A DNA stretch of 64,000 nt from Octopus vulgaris (lineage: Eukaryota): positions 12,400,001 through 12,464,000 of the forward strand of contig OX597824.1 of the NCBI GenBank assembly GCA_951406725.2, read 5' to 3'. A program made the translations under genes and the position numbers. The notes under the pieces were generated by a model, which saw only the letters and a program-made list of their open reading frames with translations, was not told the DNA's origin and did no database searches. Positions 26,690 to 40,618 of this stretch are shown here, piece after piece; positions within the stretch are counted from its first letter, which is position 1; each line of letters begins with the position of its first letter.

Positions 26690-27390
26690 ATCGGTGCATA
26701 TGTACTCCACTTTTCCTGCCATTCATTTTTTTTTCATCTGGATATAAACAACAAAGACTTCCAGTTGATCTAGCTCAACATCTCTCAGCACCAAATGCAT
26801 CTCCTTCCTCTACCGCCCTCAGACACCTCATACTACTAACAGCTCTTCAATGATAATTATTCTTACATCGAAGATATCTAATTTCAACCATAAATCTTCC
26901 TGCATCGAGGATATCTCTCTTACTTCACCGCATCTCTTCCTGCATCGAGGCTATCTCTCTCACTTCACCACGTCTCTTCTTGCGTCGAGGATATCTTTCT
27001 CACTTTATCATATATCTTCCTCCATCGAAGATCTCTCTCTCACGTCACACCTTCCGAATTCTTCGTGTTCGCTGATTTCATTGCTCACAACGCGTCTTGG
27101 CTTTCACGCTCATCCAATGAATTATGACACCCTTGAAGGTACCGGGCACCTTGAAATCTTCAACTCTCTACAACAACTATAATAGTTCCACCACCTGCAT
27201 GTATCCCTGACCGACACACAGACACTCAAAGTAATTTAGATGTCTTTCTTCATATCCAAACTTCCAGCAGTCTACAACTGTCTCTACAGTTACAGGGTGG
27301 GCAAAATTTGAACCTTATTGCATAGATCTTGCTGCCCACCCACATAGTCTGGAACACCTTCCTCTCTCGGACCTACGGCATTTCAGATCA
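26690..27390 (+). mobile_element. decayed LINE APE-endonuclease region
   Basis: Fragments FLYRPQ, LGFHAH, QQL, CIPDR..SNLDVFL resemble APE motifs YRPP, GDFNAH, PTRIPD..LDLFL in the expected order. Confidence 0.5.
26866..27050. repeat. 40-bp minisatellite, about 4.5 copies
   Basis: catcga(a/g)g-like anchors at 26866, 26903, 26943, 26983, 27023. Confidence 0.85.
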
Positions 27391-27398
27391 GCTAATTC

Positions 27399-27667
27399 CT
27401 TGGTTCCCAAACTTTTTCAGACTGCCGCCCCCTTGGCATCAAGGCCACAGTCCTAGCGCTCCACCCACTCACCACCACAAACGTAGACCCTTCTCTGCTT
27501 CAAATTCAAAACAATAGTATTTTACAAATAAAACTTAATCTAATTATCCCATTATCTAGTTGTTTTAACATCCATCAATCTATTTTCACCGCCCTATTAT
27601 CACCCCCATTCCACTGGATCTTTCCACTGCTCTCAGGGGACAGTACCACTCGCTTTAGGAACCACAA
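27399..27667. mobile_element. hAT/Charlie-like MITE remnant
   Basis: Termini tggttcccaaacttttt ... tttaggaacca. Confidence 0.55.
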
Positions 27668-27960
27668 AGCTAACTGGTCGGAGCTCCCCAGTTCTATGGT
27701 TTAATTATCACTGGTGGTAGATAAACTTCAACGTTGATCCGTCAGAAATGCTTAGATAGGTTGGTAACGGCGACCATCTGCTGAGACGTTTCTATTTTCT
27801 CCACACCCTCCCACTTTTGCCACACACAACTAACAACCACCACACAACTAACAACTCCCAGCACACAACTAATAACTCCCACCACCACCACCACCACCAC
27901 ACAACTAACAACTCCCAGCTCCAAGACTTCTAAGCTGTTCCATTATAGATGAACAAGCTC

Positions 27961-28330
27961 AAGAAGAAGAAGGGGCGGAGGAGGAGAAAGAGGAGGAAGA
28001 AGAAAAAGAGGAAGGCTAAGAGGATGAGAAAGAAAGAGGAGAAAGAAGAGAAGAAGGAGAAGGGAGACGCAAAGAAGAAGGAGGAAAAGAACAAGAGGAG
28101 AAAAGGGAAAAGAAGGAGGAGAAGACGAAAAGAAAAAGAAAAGAAGAGGTGGAAAAAGAGAAGAAAGAAGAAAAGAAGAATAAGGAGGAAAAGAACGAAG
28201 AGAAGAAAGAAGAGGAGAAGAAAAAGAAGACGAAGAAGAAGAAGAAGAAGAATAGGAAAAAGAAGAGGGAGAAGACGAAGACAGCAACACTAAAATAACA
28301 AAAAGGAAAAAAAAAAAAAAAAAAGAGAAT
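27961..28330. repeat. near-homopurine (GAA/GAG) tract
   Basis: Directly visible. Confidence 0.9.
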
Positions 28331-28646
28331 ACTTTTTAACTAAGTAAATAGGTGTAAAGCAGGTGAGAGACATTTATAAAATAGTCAAACACCAACAGTT
28401 AAATCCGACTCTACCACACTCCCGAATGTGGTGTGCGTGGCTTTGGGCTTCTATTATGAAAGCATAAACTTAAAAATACATATTTCTTGATCGTACAGCT
28501 TGGTTTGTCTGGCACGTTCTCTAGCGTTGCATACCGAAAACTGACTCGTGTGCAAAAGTAATTTTGCACGCGTACTGCTTAGAATTATTTATTTTCATTC
28601 CTCACAGCTGACATATGCAACCAGCGAAGAATTAGGTGCGACTGTT

Positions 28647-29075
28647 GGATCTTTTTCGGTTTGAACGGCAGTTTTTAACATAATTTCCACGTAACTAAAC
28701 ACTTTTAAACTTCGTATACTGGTAGAATGTGTTTATAAAACATCTTTTTCTCTTGGCTTTATTGAGAAAATTCTATAGATTGTAAGATATTTGTTGTTTT
28801 TTTTATCTTCAATTTCTGCAATTTCAACCAATCAATGACGTCTATTGAAGTAAAAACATTCTGTGCCGTATGAATATGTCCCTCGTTTAAGAAACAGATT
28901 GGGTTTATTTACATTTCTGAAGAAAAAAAGATACCCTCCCCCCCACCCCTAACCCTAACTAACCATAACCCTAAAACAGATTGAATTGCAATAGATCGAT
29001 ACTAGGGTCATAATTATGGGTGACAATTTCATATGACACCGCTAGAAAAAACTGCCGTTCAAACCGAAAAGATCC
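28647..29075. mobile_element. MITE with about 30-bp TIRs and 9-bp TSD (Mutator- or Merlin-like)
   Basis: TIRs ggatctttttcggtttgaacggcagttttt / aaaaactgccgttcaaaccgaaaagatcc; TSD gcgactgtt at 28638-28646 and 29076-29084. Confidence 0.9.
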
Positions 29076-29094
29076 GCGACTGTTTTTTTTTCTG

Positions 29095-30145
29095 TGGGAG
29101 CCAGGTTTGCTTGATTGGTTGTATCGGCTTCAGTCCTCATGCGCAGCACCTTGGGTAAGAGGCTTCAACTATAACCACGGGACAACCGATGCTTTGAGAG
29201 TGAATTTGGGAGACGGAAACTGCCTGGAGCCCTGTCGTAAATATAGCTGTAAAGGCGGCGAGCTGGCAGAAACGTTAGCACGCCGGGCGTAATGCTTAGC
29301 GGTATCTCGTCTGCCGCTACGTTGTGAGTTCAAATTCCACCGATGTCGACTTTGCCTTTCATCCTTTCGGGATCGATTAAATTAAGTACTAATTACGCAC
29401 TGGGGTCGATGTAATCGACTTAATCCGTTTGTCTGTCCTTGTTTGTCTCCTCTGTGTTTAGCCCCTTGTGGGTAATAAAGAAATAGGTATTTCGTCCGCC
29501 GCTACGTTCTGAGTTCAAATTCCACCGAGGTCGACTTTGCCTTTCATCCTTTCGGGATCGATTAAATTAAGTACTAATTACGCACTGGGGTCGATGTAAT
29601 CGACTTAATCCGTTTGTCTGTCCTTGTTTGTCCTCTCTGTGTTTAGCTCCTTGTGGGTAGTAAAGAAATACGTATTTCGTCCGCCGCTACGTTCTGAGTT
29701 CAAATTCCACCGAGATCGACTTTGCCTTTCATCCTTTCGGGGTCGATTAAATAAGTACCAGTTACGCACTGGGGTCGATGTAATCGACTTAATCCGTTTG
29801 TCTGTCCTTGTTTGTCCCCTCTGTGTTTAGCCCCTTGTGGGTAGTAAAGAAATATATAGCTGTGTGAGCACGCGCGCGTGTATGTGTGTGTATGTGTGTG
29901 TCTGTGTGTATGTGCATTATGTAAGTGTGTCTTTGTGTGTATGTTTGTTACCTCCCTCACTCGACAACCGGTGTTGATTTGTTTACGTTCTTATAACTTA
30001 GCGGTTCGGTTATTAGATACCGATAAAATAGGTACCAGGCTTTAAGCGTAAAATAAGTTCTAGGGTCGATTTGTTCCACTAACCCTTCAAGACGATGCTC
30101 TAGCATGGCCCCTGTCCAAGTCTTAACCATTTAAAAGATAAAAAA
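29095..30145 (+). mobile_element. old CORE-like SINE interrupted by a MetaSINE trimer
   Basis: Head 29095-29240 and tail 29865-30145 are collinear with the family. Confidence 0.8.
29251..29853 (+). mobile_element. MetaSINE-type trimer (185-bp period)
   Basis: Units start at 29301, 29486, 29671; TSD atatagctgt (29241-29250, 29854-29863). Confidence 0.92.
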
Positions 30146-30292
30146 AGCTGTAAGTTACATAAAATTGCTTTTATTTCTTCCTTTCTTTAAAGTCATTTGA
30201 ACTTACATGACTCAGTTCTAATTCGATACAGTACAGGGTGAGTGATGTGTGGAAAATTAAGAAAAATCAAATTCGTCACACAAAAAAATTGA

Positions 30293-30294
<2 letters not shown>

Positions 30295-30343
<49 letters not shown>

Positions 30344-30761
30344 TAATAATAATAATCGTAATAATAATAATCGTAATAATAATAATAATGAAATAATAAT
30401 AGTGAAATTATTGTTTACAGTGCTCAGGTGCACCACAACTTGTCAGAAAGTGCATATAAAGTACATGCAGTAATGTACAAATGTCTGGAGAGTGAACAGT
30501 GTATGAGTCAGATATATGCTTGCGTGTGTATGGAGGGGAGAAAATCAGGTGTAGTGTTGGCGAATCTCAGGAAGCATGGAAGTTTTGAAGGATGCAGTGC
30601 TCTGACAACTAACAACTGATGCTGGCAGTTTGTTCTATGCTTCAGCAACTCTTAGTGTGAAAAAATGTTTCCGAAAGTCATGGGAGCTGTGTTGTTTTCT
30701 GACTTTGTAAACATGTCCACGGGTGTTAGACAGGTGGAGTTTGAAAAGGTGCTCAGAGTTG
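30295..30761 (-). mobile_element. CR1-like LINE 3' fragment with (TAA)n
   Basis: Homologous to 2050-2440. Confidence 0.9.
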
Positions 30762-30772
30762 ACAGAAATATA

Positions 30773-31660
30773 TACGAGGTTCGATTAATAAGTATCCGGA
30801 CTGTTACCATACTAACGAGGCTAAAGTGTGCAGAGTGAAGCCGCTTGGCAAAGATTGACCTTGAACTCTGTTGTGCATGCGCACTAAGTTTTAACGTTCT
30901 TGCTAACTTCCGCTGTTTACAGCAGTGCTTGGAAGGAAGTTGTGTAGCGTGTGATCGTCGCATTGACCATGACAGAGAAAGTTGTCATGGTGATACCTGT
31001 TCAGAGGCCTATGCAGAAAGTGTATGGAGAGGAGTGTATGAGCCACAAGTGTACGAAGGGCTTAGAGTTTTCCAAGATGGCCGAAAAAATGTCAACATTG
31101 ACGAACGTTCAGTGAGACCCGCAACCAGTAGACCCGAGAAGAACATCGCAGATATGCGTGCAGTAGTGATGGGAAATCATCAAACCACCATCCGTGAGTT
31201 ATGAGAGGATGTGCAAATTAGTTACGGTTCAGTTTAGTCCATTAACACTGAAGATTTGGGTATGAGACGCGTGTCTGCAAAGTTTGTGTCAAAAACTGCT
31301 TTCACTTGACCAAAAGGACACTCGGGTTTCAGTTGCACAAGATCTCCTTGACTGTGTCGAGAACGATAAAAACTTTTTGAAAACTTTACGTAGGCCTCTG
31401 AGCAGGTGTCGCCAAGTTTTTGGCAAAATTTGATGCAGATTTTCTGCTCAACTTTCTCTGTCGCGGTCAATGTGATGATCACACGCTACACACCTTACTT
31501 CAAAGCACTGCTGTAAACGACACAAGTGAGGTAGAACGCTAAAACTTGGTGCGTATGTACAGCAGAGTTCAAGATCAGTCTGTGCCAAGCCGCTTCACTC
31601 TACAAGCTTTGACTTTGTTACTCTGGCAACGGTCCGGATACTTATTGATCAGATCACTTA
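30773..31660. mobile_element. mariner-derived non-autonomous element with two inverted 5' ends
   Basis: About 240-bp inverted arms; transposase N-terminal fragments EQKICIKFCQKLG(-) and FQDGRKNVNIDERSVRP..TIREL..LGMRRVSAKFV(+). Confidence 0.85.
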
Positions 31661-31923
31661 CTCCTCACATACAACAAATATATACTCACACAATGCCTGT
31701 CAGATATTGACAGCTACTATAGTTATTAGAGCAAAACATTCCCATATACATGTACCCCATCATGCATGGGGTGAACTATACCCACACATACATAGAAACA
31801 CTATCTTTCGAATATTGGCGGTTATAATAGTTAGTTTAAGAGTGCAAATTACATTAAAACATTGATCACGAATACACAAAGAAATACATTCATATGCATA
31901 GATGCATAATACTATATTTTCCA

Positions 31924-32322
31924 GAAACGTTAGCGCGCCGGGCGAAATGCTTAGCGGTATTTCGTCTGCGTTACGTTGTGAGTTCGAATTCTGCCGTGGT
32001 AGACTTTGCCTTTCATCCTTTCGGGGTCGATAAATTAAGTACCAGTTACGCACTGGGGTCGATGTAATCGACTTAATACCTATGTCTGTCCTTGTTTGTC
32101 CCCTCTGTGTTTAGCCCCTTGTGGGTAATAAAGAAATAGGTATTTCGTCTGACGTTACGTTCTGAGTTCAAATTCTGCCGTGGTAGACTTTGCCTTTCAT
32201 CTTTTCGGGGTCGATAAATAAAGTACCAGTTTCGCACTGGGGTCGATGTAATCGACGTAATCCGTTTGTCTGTTCTTGTTTGTCCTCTCTATGTTTAGCC
32301 CCTTGTGGATAGTAAAGAAATA
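31924..32322 (+). mobile_element. MetaSINE-type dimer
   Basis: Junction gaaata|ggtatttc at 32139; TSD tatattttcca (31913-31923, 32323-32333). Confidence 0.9.
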
Positions 32323-32845
32323 TATATTTTCCAAATACTGGTGGTTATGATGATGATTATTAATGTAAATTATACTGGTTTCAAATTTAGCACAAGGCCA
32401 GCAATTTCGGAGGAGGGGTAATTCGATTAGATCCACCCCAGTGCTCGACTCGTACTTATTTTATTAACCCCGAACGGACGAAATGCAAAGACGACCCCTG
32501 CAAAATGCTGCTGCTTGGCATTTTTAACCAGCACAGTAACGATTTTGCTAAGCTCGCCGCCTTATTAATGTTAATTATATTTGAGACTGCTTCAGTTGTC
32601 TCGATACAAAATCAATGGACACGATTCTGTCATGTGATGTGTTTCACTATCACAGCCTTTGTTATTTAAGCTTACGTTTATTATTACGTCTATTATTTAC
32701 GCTTAGGTTGATCCTATTTACTTAATTGACTTTATCAGGTGACGTTAGATATACATAGACTCATTGCTGCGGGTTGACTCTTTTCGTCTTAGCACGCTTA
32801 CTGTGGGACAGACGGTTCATTTTGCATCGTGGACAATTGAAGTTA

Positions 32846-33480
<635 letters not shown>

Positions 33481-33714
33481 AAAGCGAAAAGCAAATAAAT
33501 AAACTTTTGATAACTAAAAACATGGGTTTCCGTTTTACAATTTTTTTCTCTTTTGCACGAGGACATGAGACATTTTTGTCTTTCTTGGATTTTTGCCGCA
33601 AAAATATAAGACTTTCCCCGAAAATAAACCCTAGTGCATTATAACGATATGCAAATTTTATTCAATCTGCAGCCATTGCATAGATTTCCCATGCCATGGT
33701 TAATTATTTTTACT

Positions 33715-33922
33715 CTAGGCACAAGGTCTTAAAAACTTTTTTCGGGAAGGGGGGGGTAGTCTATTACATCGACCCCAGTGCGTAACTAGTACTTATTTCA
33801 TCGACCACCGAAAGGATGGAAGGCAACGACCTCGGCGGAATTTGAACTCAGAACGTAGTAGCAGACGAAATACCGCAAAGCATTTTGCTCGGTGTGCTAA
33901 CGATTCTGCCAGTTCGCCGCCC
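33715..33922 (-). mobile_element. MetaSINE-type copy
   Basis: Family homology. Confidence 0.85.
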
Positions 33923-34025
33923 TCACGTCGTTTACTATTTTCGTAGTTCAGCGTTAGAAAGATCGACTTGAACTTGTGGTATTCTTCGCTGTTTCTGCCA
34001 TTGAACTACACGACAATAAAAGATT

Positions 34026-34406
34026 GTGTATGTATGTATGTATGTATGTATGTATGTATGTATGTATGTATGTATGTATGTATGTATGTATGTATGTATG
34101 TGTGTGTATGTGTGCATGTGTGTAAGTGTGTGTGTGTATGCATGTATGTATGTATGTATGTATGTATGTGCGTGTGTATGTATGCATGTATGTATGTATG
34201 TGTGTATGTATATACGTACGTATGTATGTATATATGTATGTGTGTGCGTAAGTGTGTGTGTATGTATGTATATATGTATGTGTGTGAGTGTAAGTTTGTG
34301 TGTATGCATGTATGTATGTATGATGTATGTATGTATGTATGTATGTATGTATGTATGTATGTATGTATGTATGTATGAATGAATGTATATATGTATGAAT
34401 GTATGT

Positions 34407-34458
<52 letters not shown>
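34026..34458. repeat. (TATG)n/(TG)n microsatellite
   Basis: Directly visible. Confidence 0.95.
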
Positions 34459-34462
<4 letters not shown>

Positions 34463-34849
34463 GATAGGATAATATGACAGAGCAAGCTGCTTGGCGTAGT
34501 GATTTAATAATGGAATCGACAGACATTTAATGACTAAAATCTGTAATGTGCCATGAATGACAAGGCGTGCAATAAAGAATTAAAATACTTATGGTTAGGG
34601 TGTATGGAGGCAGTTGTGTTTTCCGATTCAGTGTTGTACCAGCCAGTTTACTTGCTTCTCGCATCAGAGAAGTAGACATTTTTTTTGTCTCCCAATATTT
34701 AGATTATTCATGTGAATGATATTGCATCAGCGTATGAGACCAAGTTAGTCTTTGTTGTTCTTTTCATTTAAAAAAGGTAAAATGTTTATTGCTTAAATTA
34801 TCAAATTATCGTACCTGGGCAAACTTTCTTTTTGCCACGTGACAGCACA

Positions 34850-34924
<75 letters not shown>

Positions 34925-35299
34925 ATGTTTATATAAAACTGCAATTCATTTTATTTCGTTTTTGGATTTGGATTTTACCGGTGAGTGTGTTACATAATAA
35001 GGCACAAAAAGAAAATGTGTCTCCCCAGACACAACCGAATATGCAATTCATTTGAATTGACAGTAAAAAATGAAGTTTTTGCTCTGTTCTAGTTCTCTGT
35101 TTTTTATAGAACTGAAGGTTTGTTCGCCAAAGATAGATTTCAAAAAATGCTATAACTACACACACACACTCACACTCACACACAACCCCCAAATAAGCAA
35201 AGAAATTTTGTATGCAATGTCACAATTCTTTAAAGTCGGCGACCCGGATAAAATAACGGTACAGGCTGATCTGTTTGTTCCTTCACGAGTCACACCTGG

Positions 35300-35573
35300 C
35301 TCATAAGCGCTGGGTTCCCGGTTTCTTGGGCGTATAGGTTCCCCACCTGGACGGGAAGCCGGTCCGTCGCAGGTGAACTGCAAGATGCAGGAGGAAAAAG
35401 TGAGAGAAAGTTGTGGCGAAAAAGTCAGGAGAAGTTCGCCATTACCTTCTGCCGGAGCCGCGTTGAGCTTAGGTGTTTCGCTCATAAACACACACATCGC
35501 CTGGTCGGAGATTCGAACCCGCGATCCTTCGACCGCAAGTCCGCTGCTTTAACCTCTAGGCCTTGTGCCTTCA
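35300..35573 (-). mobile_element. tRNA-derived SINE, head type A with tail Y
   Basis: Reverse-complement homology to 52171-52454. Confidence 0.8.
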
Positions 35574-35974
35574 CTACAGGCTAATTTAAATCGTATGTAA
35601 TTCTTAGAATCCTAGCTTAGGCTCATGTTGCTGTTGCATGTGTTGAAACAAAGTTCCATTAGAAAATTTGTCTGCTCCAGCATGGCCTCGAACTATGGCT
35701 GAAACCACTAGAAGATAAAAGATCGTTTGTAACACCAACATTTTTGAAGAATAAAACTTTCTGACCCTTTACTCTAATTAGTATCTTTAATTAACCGTTT
35801 CAATACCTTCCATTTCATTTTCACGCTTGACCGACCACTGACCTCTTTTCCCTTAATTTTTAATTCATAAATACAAATTCCCGTTTATTTATTTTTTTAT
35901 TTTCTATTTATTTATACTTTCTACCCATTATAACCCTTTATTAGCTCTATATTTACCAGTTCATATTTTCGATT

Positions 35975-36113
35975 TGCTTACCAACCACATGGTTCCGGGT
36001 TCAGTCCCACTGCGTGGCACCTTGGGCAAGTGTCTTCTACTATAGCCTCGGGCCGACCAAAGCCTCGTGAGTGGATTTGGTAGGCGGAAACTGAAAGAAG
36101 CCCGTCGTATATT

Positions 36114-36154
<41 letters not shown>

Positions 36155-36296
36155 CGGGCTTCTTTCAGTTTCTGTCTACCAAATCCACTCACGAGGCTTT
36201 GGTCGGCCCGAGGCTATAGTAGAAGACACTTGCCCAAGGTGCCACGCAGTGGGACTGAACCCGGAACCATGTGGTTCGCAGACAAGCTACTTACCG
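35975..36296. mobile_element. two CORE-like SINE 5' halves inverted around (TA)n
   Basis: 35982-36107 is the near-exact reverse complement of 36153-36276. Confidence 0.9.
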
Positions 36297-37007
36297 TTTT
36301 TGAATTTAATTTCAAATTGCAGTCAATCAGGATCATGGTTGTGTGGTTAGGAATCTTGCTTTCCAGCAACGTGGGTTCGGGTTTCGTGTTCACTCTCATT
36401 GTGCAACATCAAGGACAAGTGTCTAGCTATTGCGCTATCTTCTTCAGAATCTGCTTTTGCAAAGTGTTTCTGTATCACAGTGGTCGAAGTTGATCAAGTG
36501 ATTTTAGATTTGCGGTCATGATAATTTTTATACACTGCTTTACGGCTAAAACACCCACATAATCATCTTTAAAGACAACTCTGCAAATAATGCATTTTGT
36601 GGATTATTTTATTAATTGCTGCCAACCAGTTATTATCCGTTTGCTAATTTTTTTTATATGAACATAATCGCTTTCTTTGGACTTGCAATCGTTAACTGAA
36701 ATTATCGAATTAATAGCGTTTGTTTGTATGCGGTGTAAAACTTAAAAGCGATAATTACGTGACATTTAATAATACAGTAAAATTTAAGCGAGCGATTAAT
36801 TTCATCATAAAATAAGCTTTGTAAATTCCATCTCCTTATAAAGAAACATAATCCTTGCTTTTTCATTGGAAGAAAATTGAATGAATATATTCCATAAATA
36901 TTGATACGAAGAACACAAGGGAATCAATCGAAATGAACAGTTCAGTTACATTAAATCACCTTATATGTGGTATCTTATCTATTAAATAATATTATTTTCC
37001 CTTAACA

Positions 37008-37730
37008 AAGGCAGCGAGCTGGCAGAAACGTTAGCACGACGGGTGAAATACTTAGCGGTATTTCGTCTGTCACTATGTTCTGAGTTCAAATTCCGCCGAG
37101 GTCGACTTTGCCTTTCATCCTTTCGGGGTCGATTAAATAAGTACCAGTTACGCACTGGGGTCGATATAATCGACTTAATCCGTTTGTCTGTCCTTGTTTG
37201 TCCTCCCTGTGTTTAGCCCCTTGTGGGTAGTAAAGAAATAGGTATTTCGGCTGCTGCTACGTTCTGAGTTCAAATTCAGCCGAGGTCGACTTTGCCTTTC
37301 CTCCTTTCGGGGTCGATAAATTAAGTACCAGTTACGCACTGGGGTCGATATAATCGACTTAATCCGTTTGTCTGTCCTTGTTTGTCCTCTCTGTGTTTAG
37401 CCCCTTGTGGGTAGTAAAGAAATAGGTATTTCGGCTGCTGCTACGTTCTGAGTTCAAATTCAGCCGAGGTCGACTTTGCCTTTCATCCTTTTGGGGTCGA
37501 TAAATTAAGTACCAGTTACGCACTGGGGTCGATGTAATCGACTTAATCCGCTTGTCTGTCCTCGTTTGTCCCCTCTGAGTGTAGCTCCTTGTGGGTAGTA
37601 AAGAAATAAGAATCGTTAGCGTGCCGGGAAAAATGCTTAGCGGCATTTCATCCTTTACATTCCGAGTTCAAATTTCGCTGAGGTCGACTTTGCCTTTCAT
37701 CCTTTCGGGGTCGATAAAATAAGTACGAGT
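37008..37730 (+). mobile_element. MetaSINE-type trimer (184-bp period) followed by an older partial copy
   Basis: Units at 37057, 37241, 37425; older copy 37609-37730. Confidence 0.92.
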
Positions 37731-38074
37731 GGAACATTAACATTTGTACTTTTATAAACAGAGTTGGCTATACGTAGTGTTACGACCAGAGTGATGTCTG
37801 CTATACAGTGAGAGTACATTACTAAGTAAAACATCATGTGATGCTAGATTTTGTTTGAATCTGTTGTCCCACCATACTATGAAAGAAGCTGGCAACATCT
37901 CCTGCAATTCCAACTCCGGCTGCACCGCTTTTCCTGTTTCTAAAGTCTATTGTTACACTTGAAAATGTGGCTATTTAGTAATGCTTTTAGGTTTGCACCA
38001 GCAGCATATGCAATGGCTGTCCTACTGCTGTTTATCCATACGTACGTACGTACATACATACATACATATATTCA

Positions 38075-38342
38075 TACACAACCTCAGCTATAGTCGACGC
38101 ACCATCTGACTTCCACCCATTTCCAACCCTAAAGTCTTTTTTGAAGTGGAAGCAATTTTCAGATTTCGGGGGTTAAGTCTAGGCTCTAGACACAACCTAC
38201 CGACTTCTACAGACGCGGTCTTCATATCTGAATAAAGCGATGGGAGAAGTGTGTCACCATTGCACGTGGTTGTATAGAGAAGGACTAATAATAATGCCAA
38301 GTCGTTGGGAAGTGGTTAAGGAGAAATCTTTAATGAACACCC

Positions 38343-38348
<6 letters not shown>
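38075..38348 (+). mobile_element. mariner transposase 3' remnant
   Basis: APSDFHPFPTLKSFL..F and FYRRGLHI*IKRWEKCVTIARGCIEKD*; TIR-like end tttaatgaacacccctcata. Confidence 0.8.
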
Positions 38349-38438
<90 letters not shown>

Positions 38439-38858
38439 ACATATATACATACAAAATTTAGAGGAATGACCACTAAAGTGGACATCCTTTATGCTAAGCA
38501 TAGACGTCAAATCGTCATTACCACGAAGAATGTGTTCTCAAAAGAAATTTCAGCAAAAAAAACAAAATGTAAAAATAAGCAAGACAAATGAAAATATACG
38601 AAATAAAAAAAGATTACCTATGTGCCATTGGTTTCACTTGTTAATATTTACGTTTATGGACACGCTTATATCTGCAAGATCATCAGCATAGTCTGTCGTT
38701 TACAAAACATAATTTCCAGAACTAGATACAGAACGCTCAACCAAAATCCATTATGTATAAAGTTCTACAAATTATGTTTAGGTGTATCTTTTAAATGCCT
38801 TCACTTTGGCGCGCTGAGATCGGAAATTACTCTGCACATATACATATACATGCATATA

Positions 38859-38909
<51 letters not shown>

Positions 38910-38928
38910 ATATATATAAATATATTTT

Positions 38929-39057
38929 ATAGATAAATGCCACATGCTAGGAGGGACTTTTAAAGTCAAAACTACCAAAATAAATAAACACAGTTTATTT
39001 ATTTATTTTGGTAGTTTTGACTTTAAGAGTCCCTCCTAGCGTGTGGTATTTATGTAT
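38929..39057. repeat. imperfect palindrome (about 60-bp arms)
   Basis: ccacatgctaggagggacttttaaagtcaaaactaccaaaataaataaa and its reverse complement; related single arm at 61637-61686. Confidence 0.9.
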
Positions 39058-39203
39058 AGTAATGCCATCAATATAGTATAAATAAATATATTTAAGAGAA
39101 AAATTGATGGATTTTTCTCTTATGACGTTTTTCACGCTAACTACTTGATAAATTCTTATAAAGATTTTATCCTATTTTTAAATTGTATATAAATATATAT
39201 GTA

Positions 39204-39424
39204 TACATAGGGATGGTGAAGAGTTCCTAGCTCTAAGAGTACTGCGAAAGGCCTTGTTTGAGGTCCCACCTTTCGAGTTCTTTTACATGACTTAGAAAAA
39301 TTGAAGGACCGCTGCAATAAGTGTGAACCTGAGAAGAGAATATGTTGAATAGAATCATAATTAACTGATTCTCTTGTATTTTTTTTTTTACCCAGACTCA
39401 GGAGCTTTTCAGTACCTCCACGTA
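39204..39424 (+). mobile_element. mariner-derived MITE
   Basis: Homologous to 16407-16625. Confidence 0.85.
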
Positions 39425-39589
39425 AATATGCATGCATGTATGTATGTATGTATGTATGTATGTATGTATGTATGTATGTATGTATATATGTATGTATGTA
39501 TGATGTTTATATATATTATATATTTATATTGTGAAATTCGATTTAATACTAAATTGAAATTTTTCCTGTAAGTTTGGAGTTATACTCCC

Positions 39590-39655
<66 letters not shown>

Positions 39656-40203
39656 GTATGTATGTATGTATGTATGTATGTATGTATGTATGTATGTATG
39701 TATGTATGTATGTATGCATGTATATATGTATGTATGTATGTGTGTGTGTGTGCATGTGTGTGTATACATATTACACACACACATACTGATATATTTATCC
39801 CCCATTATGGAATATACATCACTAAGGCCCCAATATTCTTCGCTTCACTGCAAATGACAGAGATACTTAACCTCTTGTAAACACACTGTTTAATGATGTA
39901 ATTGCTTAATTACTGATCAAGCAACATCTTAGTCATTTGTCATTTTCTTGGAAATAATTATGTCACTTTTGATTTTTTTCTTTTTTTTTAGAAAAAGTTG
40001 AATTTAATTCAATCAAAACATTTCACAAACATCAAAACATGTCCACTACTTAATTACCGGATATTTTTGTAAACTGCAGTCTTATTAAAACAACGATCCG
40101 TCTCGACAACAAGTGCAGGAAATTATAAATCAAAGTAGATTAAGTAAAGAAGGAAATTCACAATTTGCACGCCACTGTAGTTGTGTTATTTATTAAGGCG
40201 TTA

Positions 40204-40618
40204 AGGCTTTGAGCTGGTGGAATCGTTAGCACGCCGGGCGTAATGCTTAGCGGTGTTTCGTCTGTCTTTACGTTCTGAGTTCAAATTCGACCGAGTCGAC
40301 TTTGCCTTTCATCCTTTCGGGGTTGATAAATTAAGTACCAGTTACGCACTGGGGTCGATATAATCGACTTAATCCGTTTGTCTGTCCTTGTTTGTTCTCT
40401 CTGTGTTTACCCACTTGTGGGTAGTAAAGAAATAGGTATTTCGTCTGCCGTTACGTTCTGAGCTCAGATTCTGCCGAGGTCGACTTTGCCTGTCATCCTT
40501 TCGGGGTCGATAAATTAAGTACCAGTTGCGCACTGGGGTCGATGTAATCGACTTAATTCGTTTGTCTGTCCTTGTTTGTCCTCTCTGTGTTTATCCCCTT
40601 GTGGCTAGTAAAGAAATA
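40204..40618 (+). mobile_element. MetaSINE-type dimer
   Basis: Junction gaaata|ggtatttc at 40435. Confidence 0.9.

Noticed and set aside
27943-28293. Protamine-like K/R/E-rich ORF
   Set aside because: Low-complexity purine tract with no other gene evidence.
28947-28974. Telomere or chromosome-fusion scar
   Set aside because: Only a few degenerate units, inside a MITE with TSDs.
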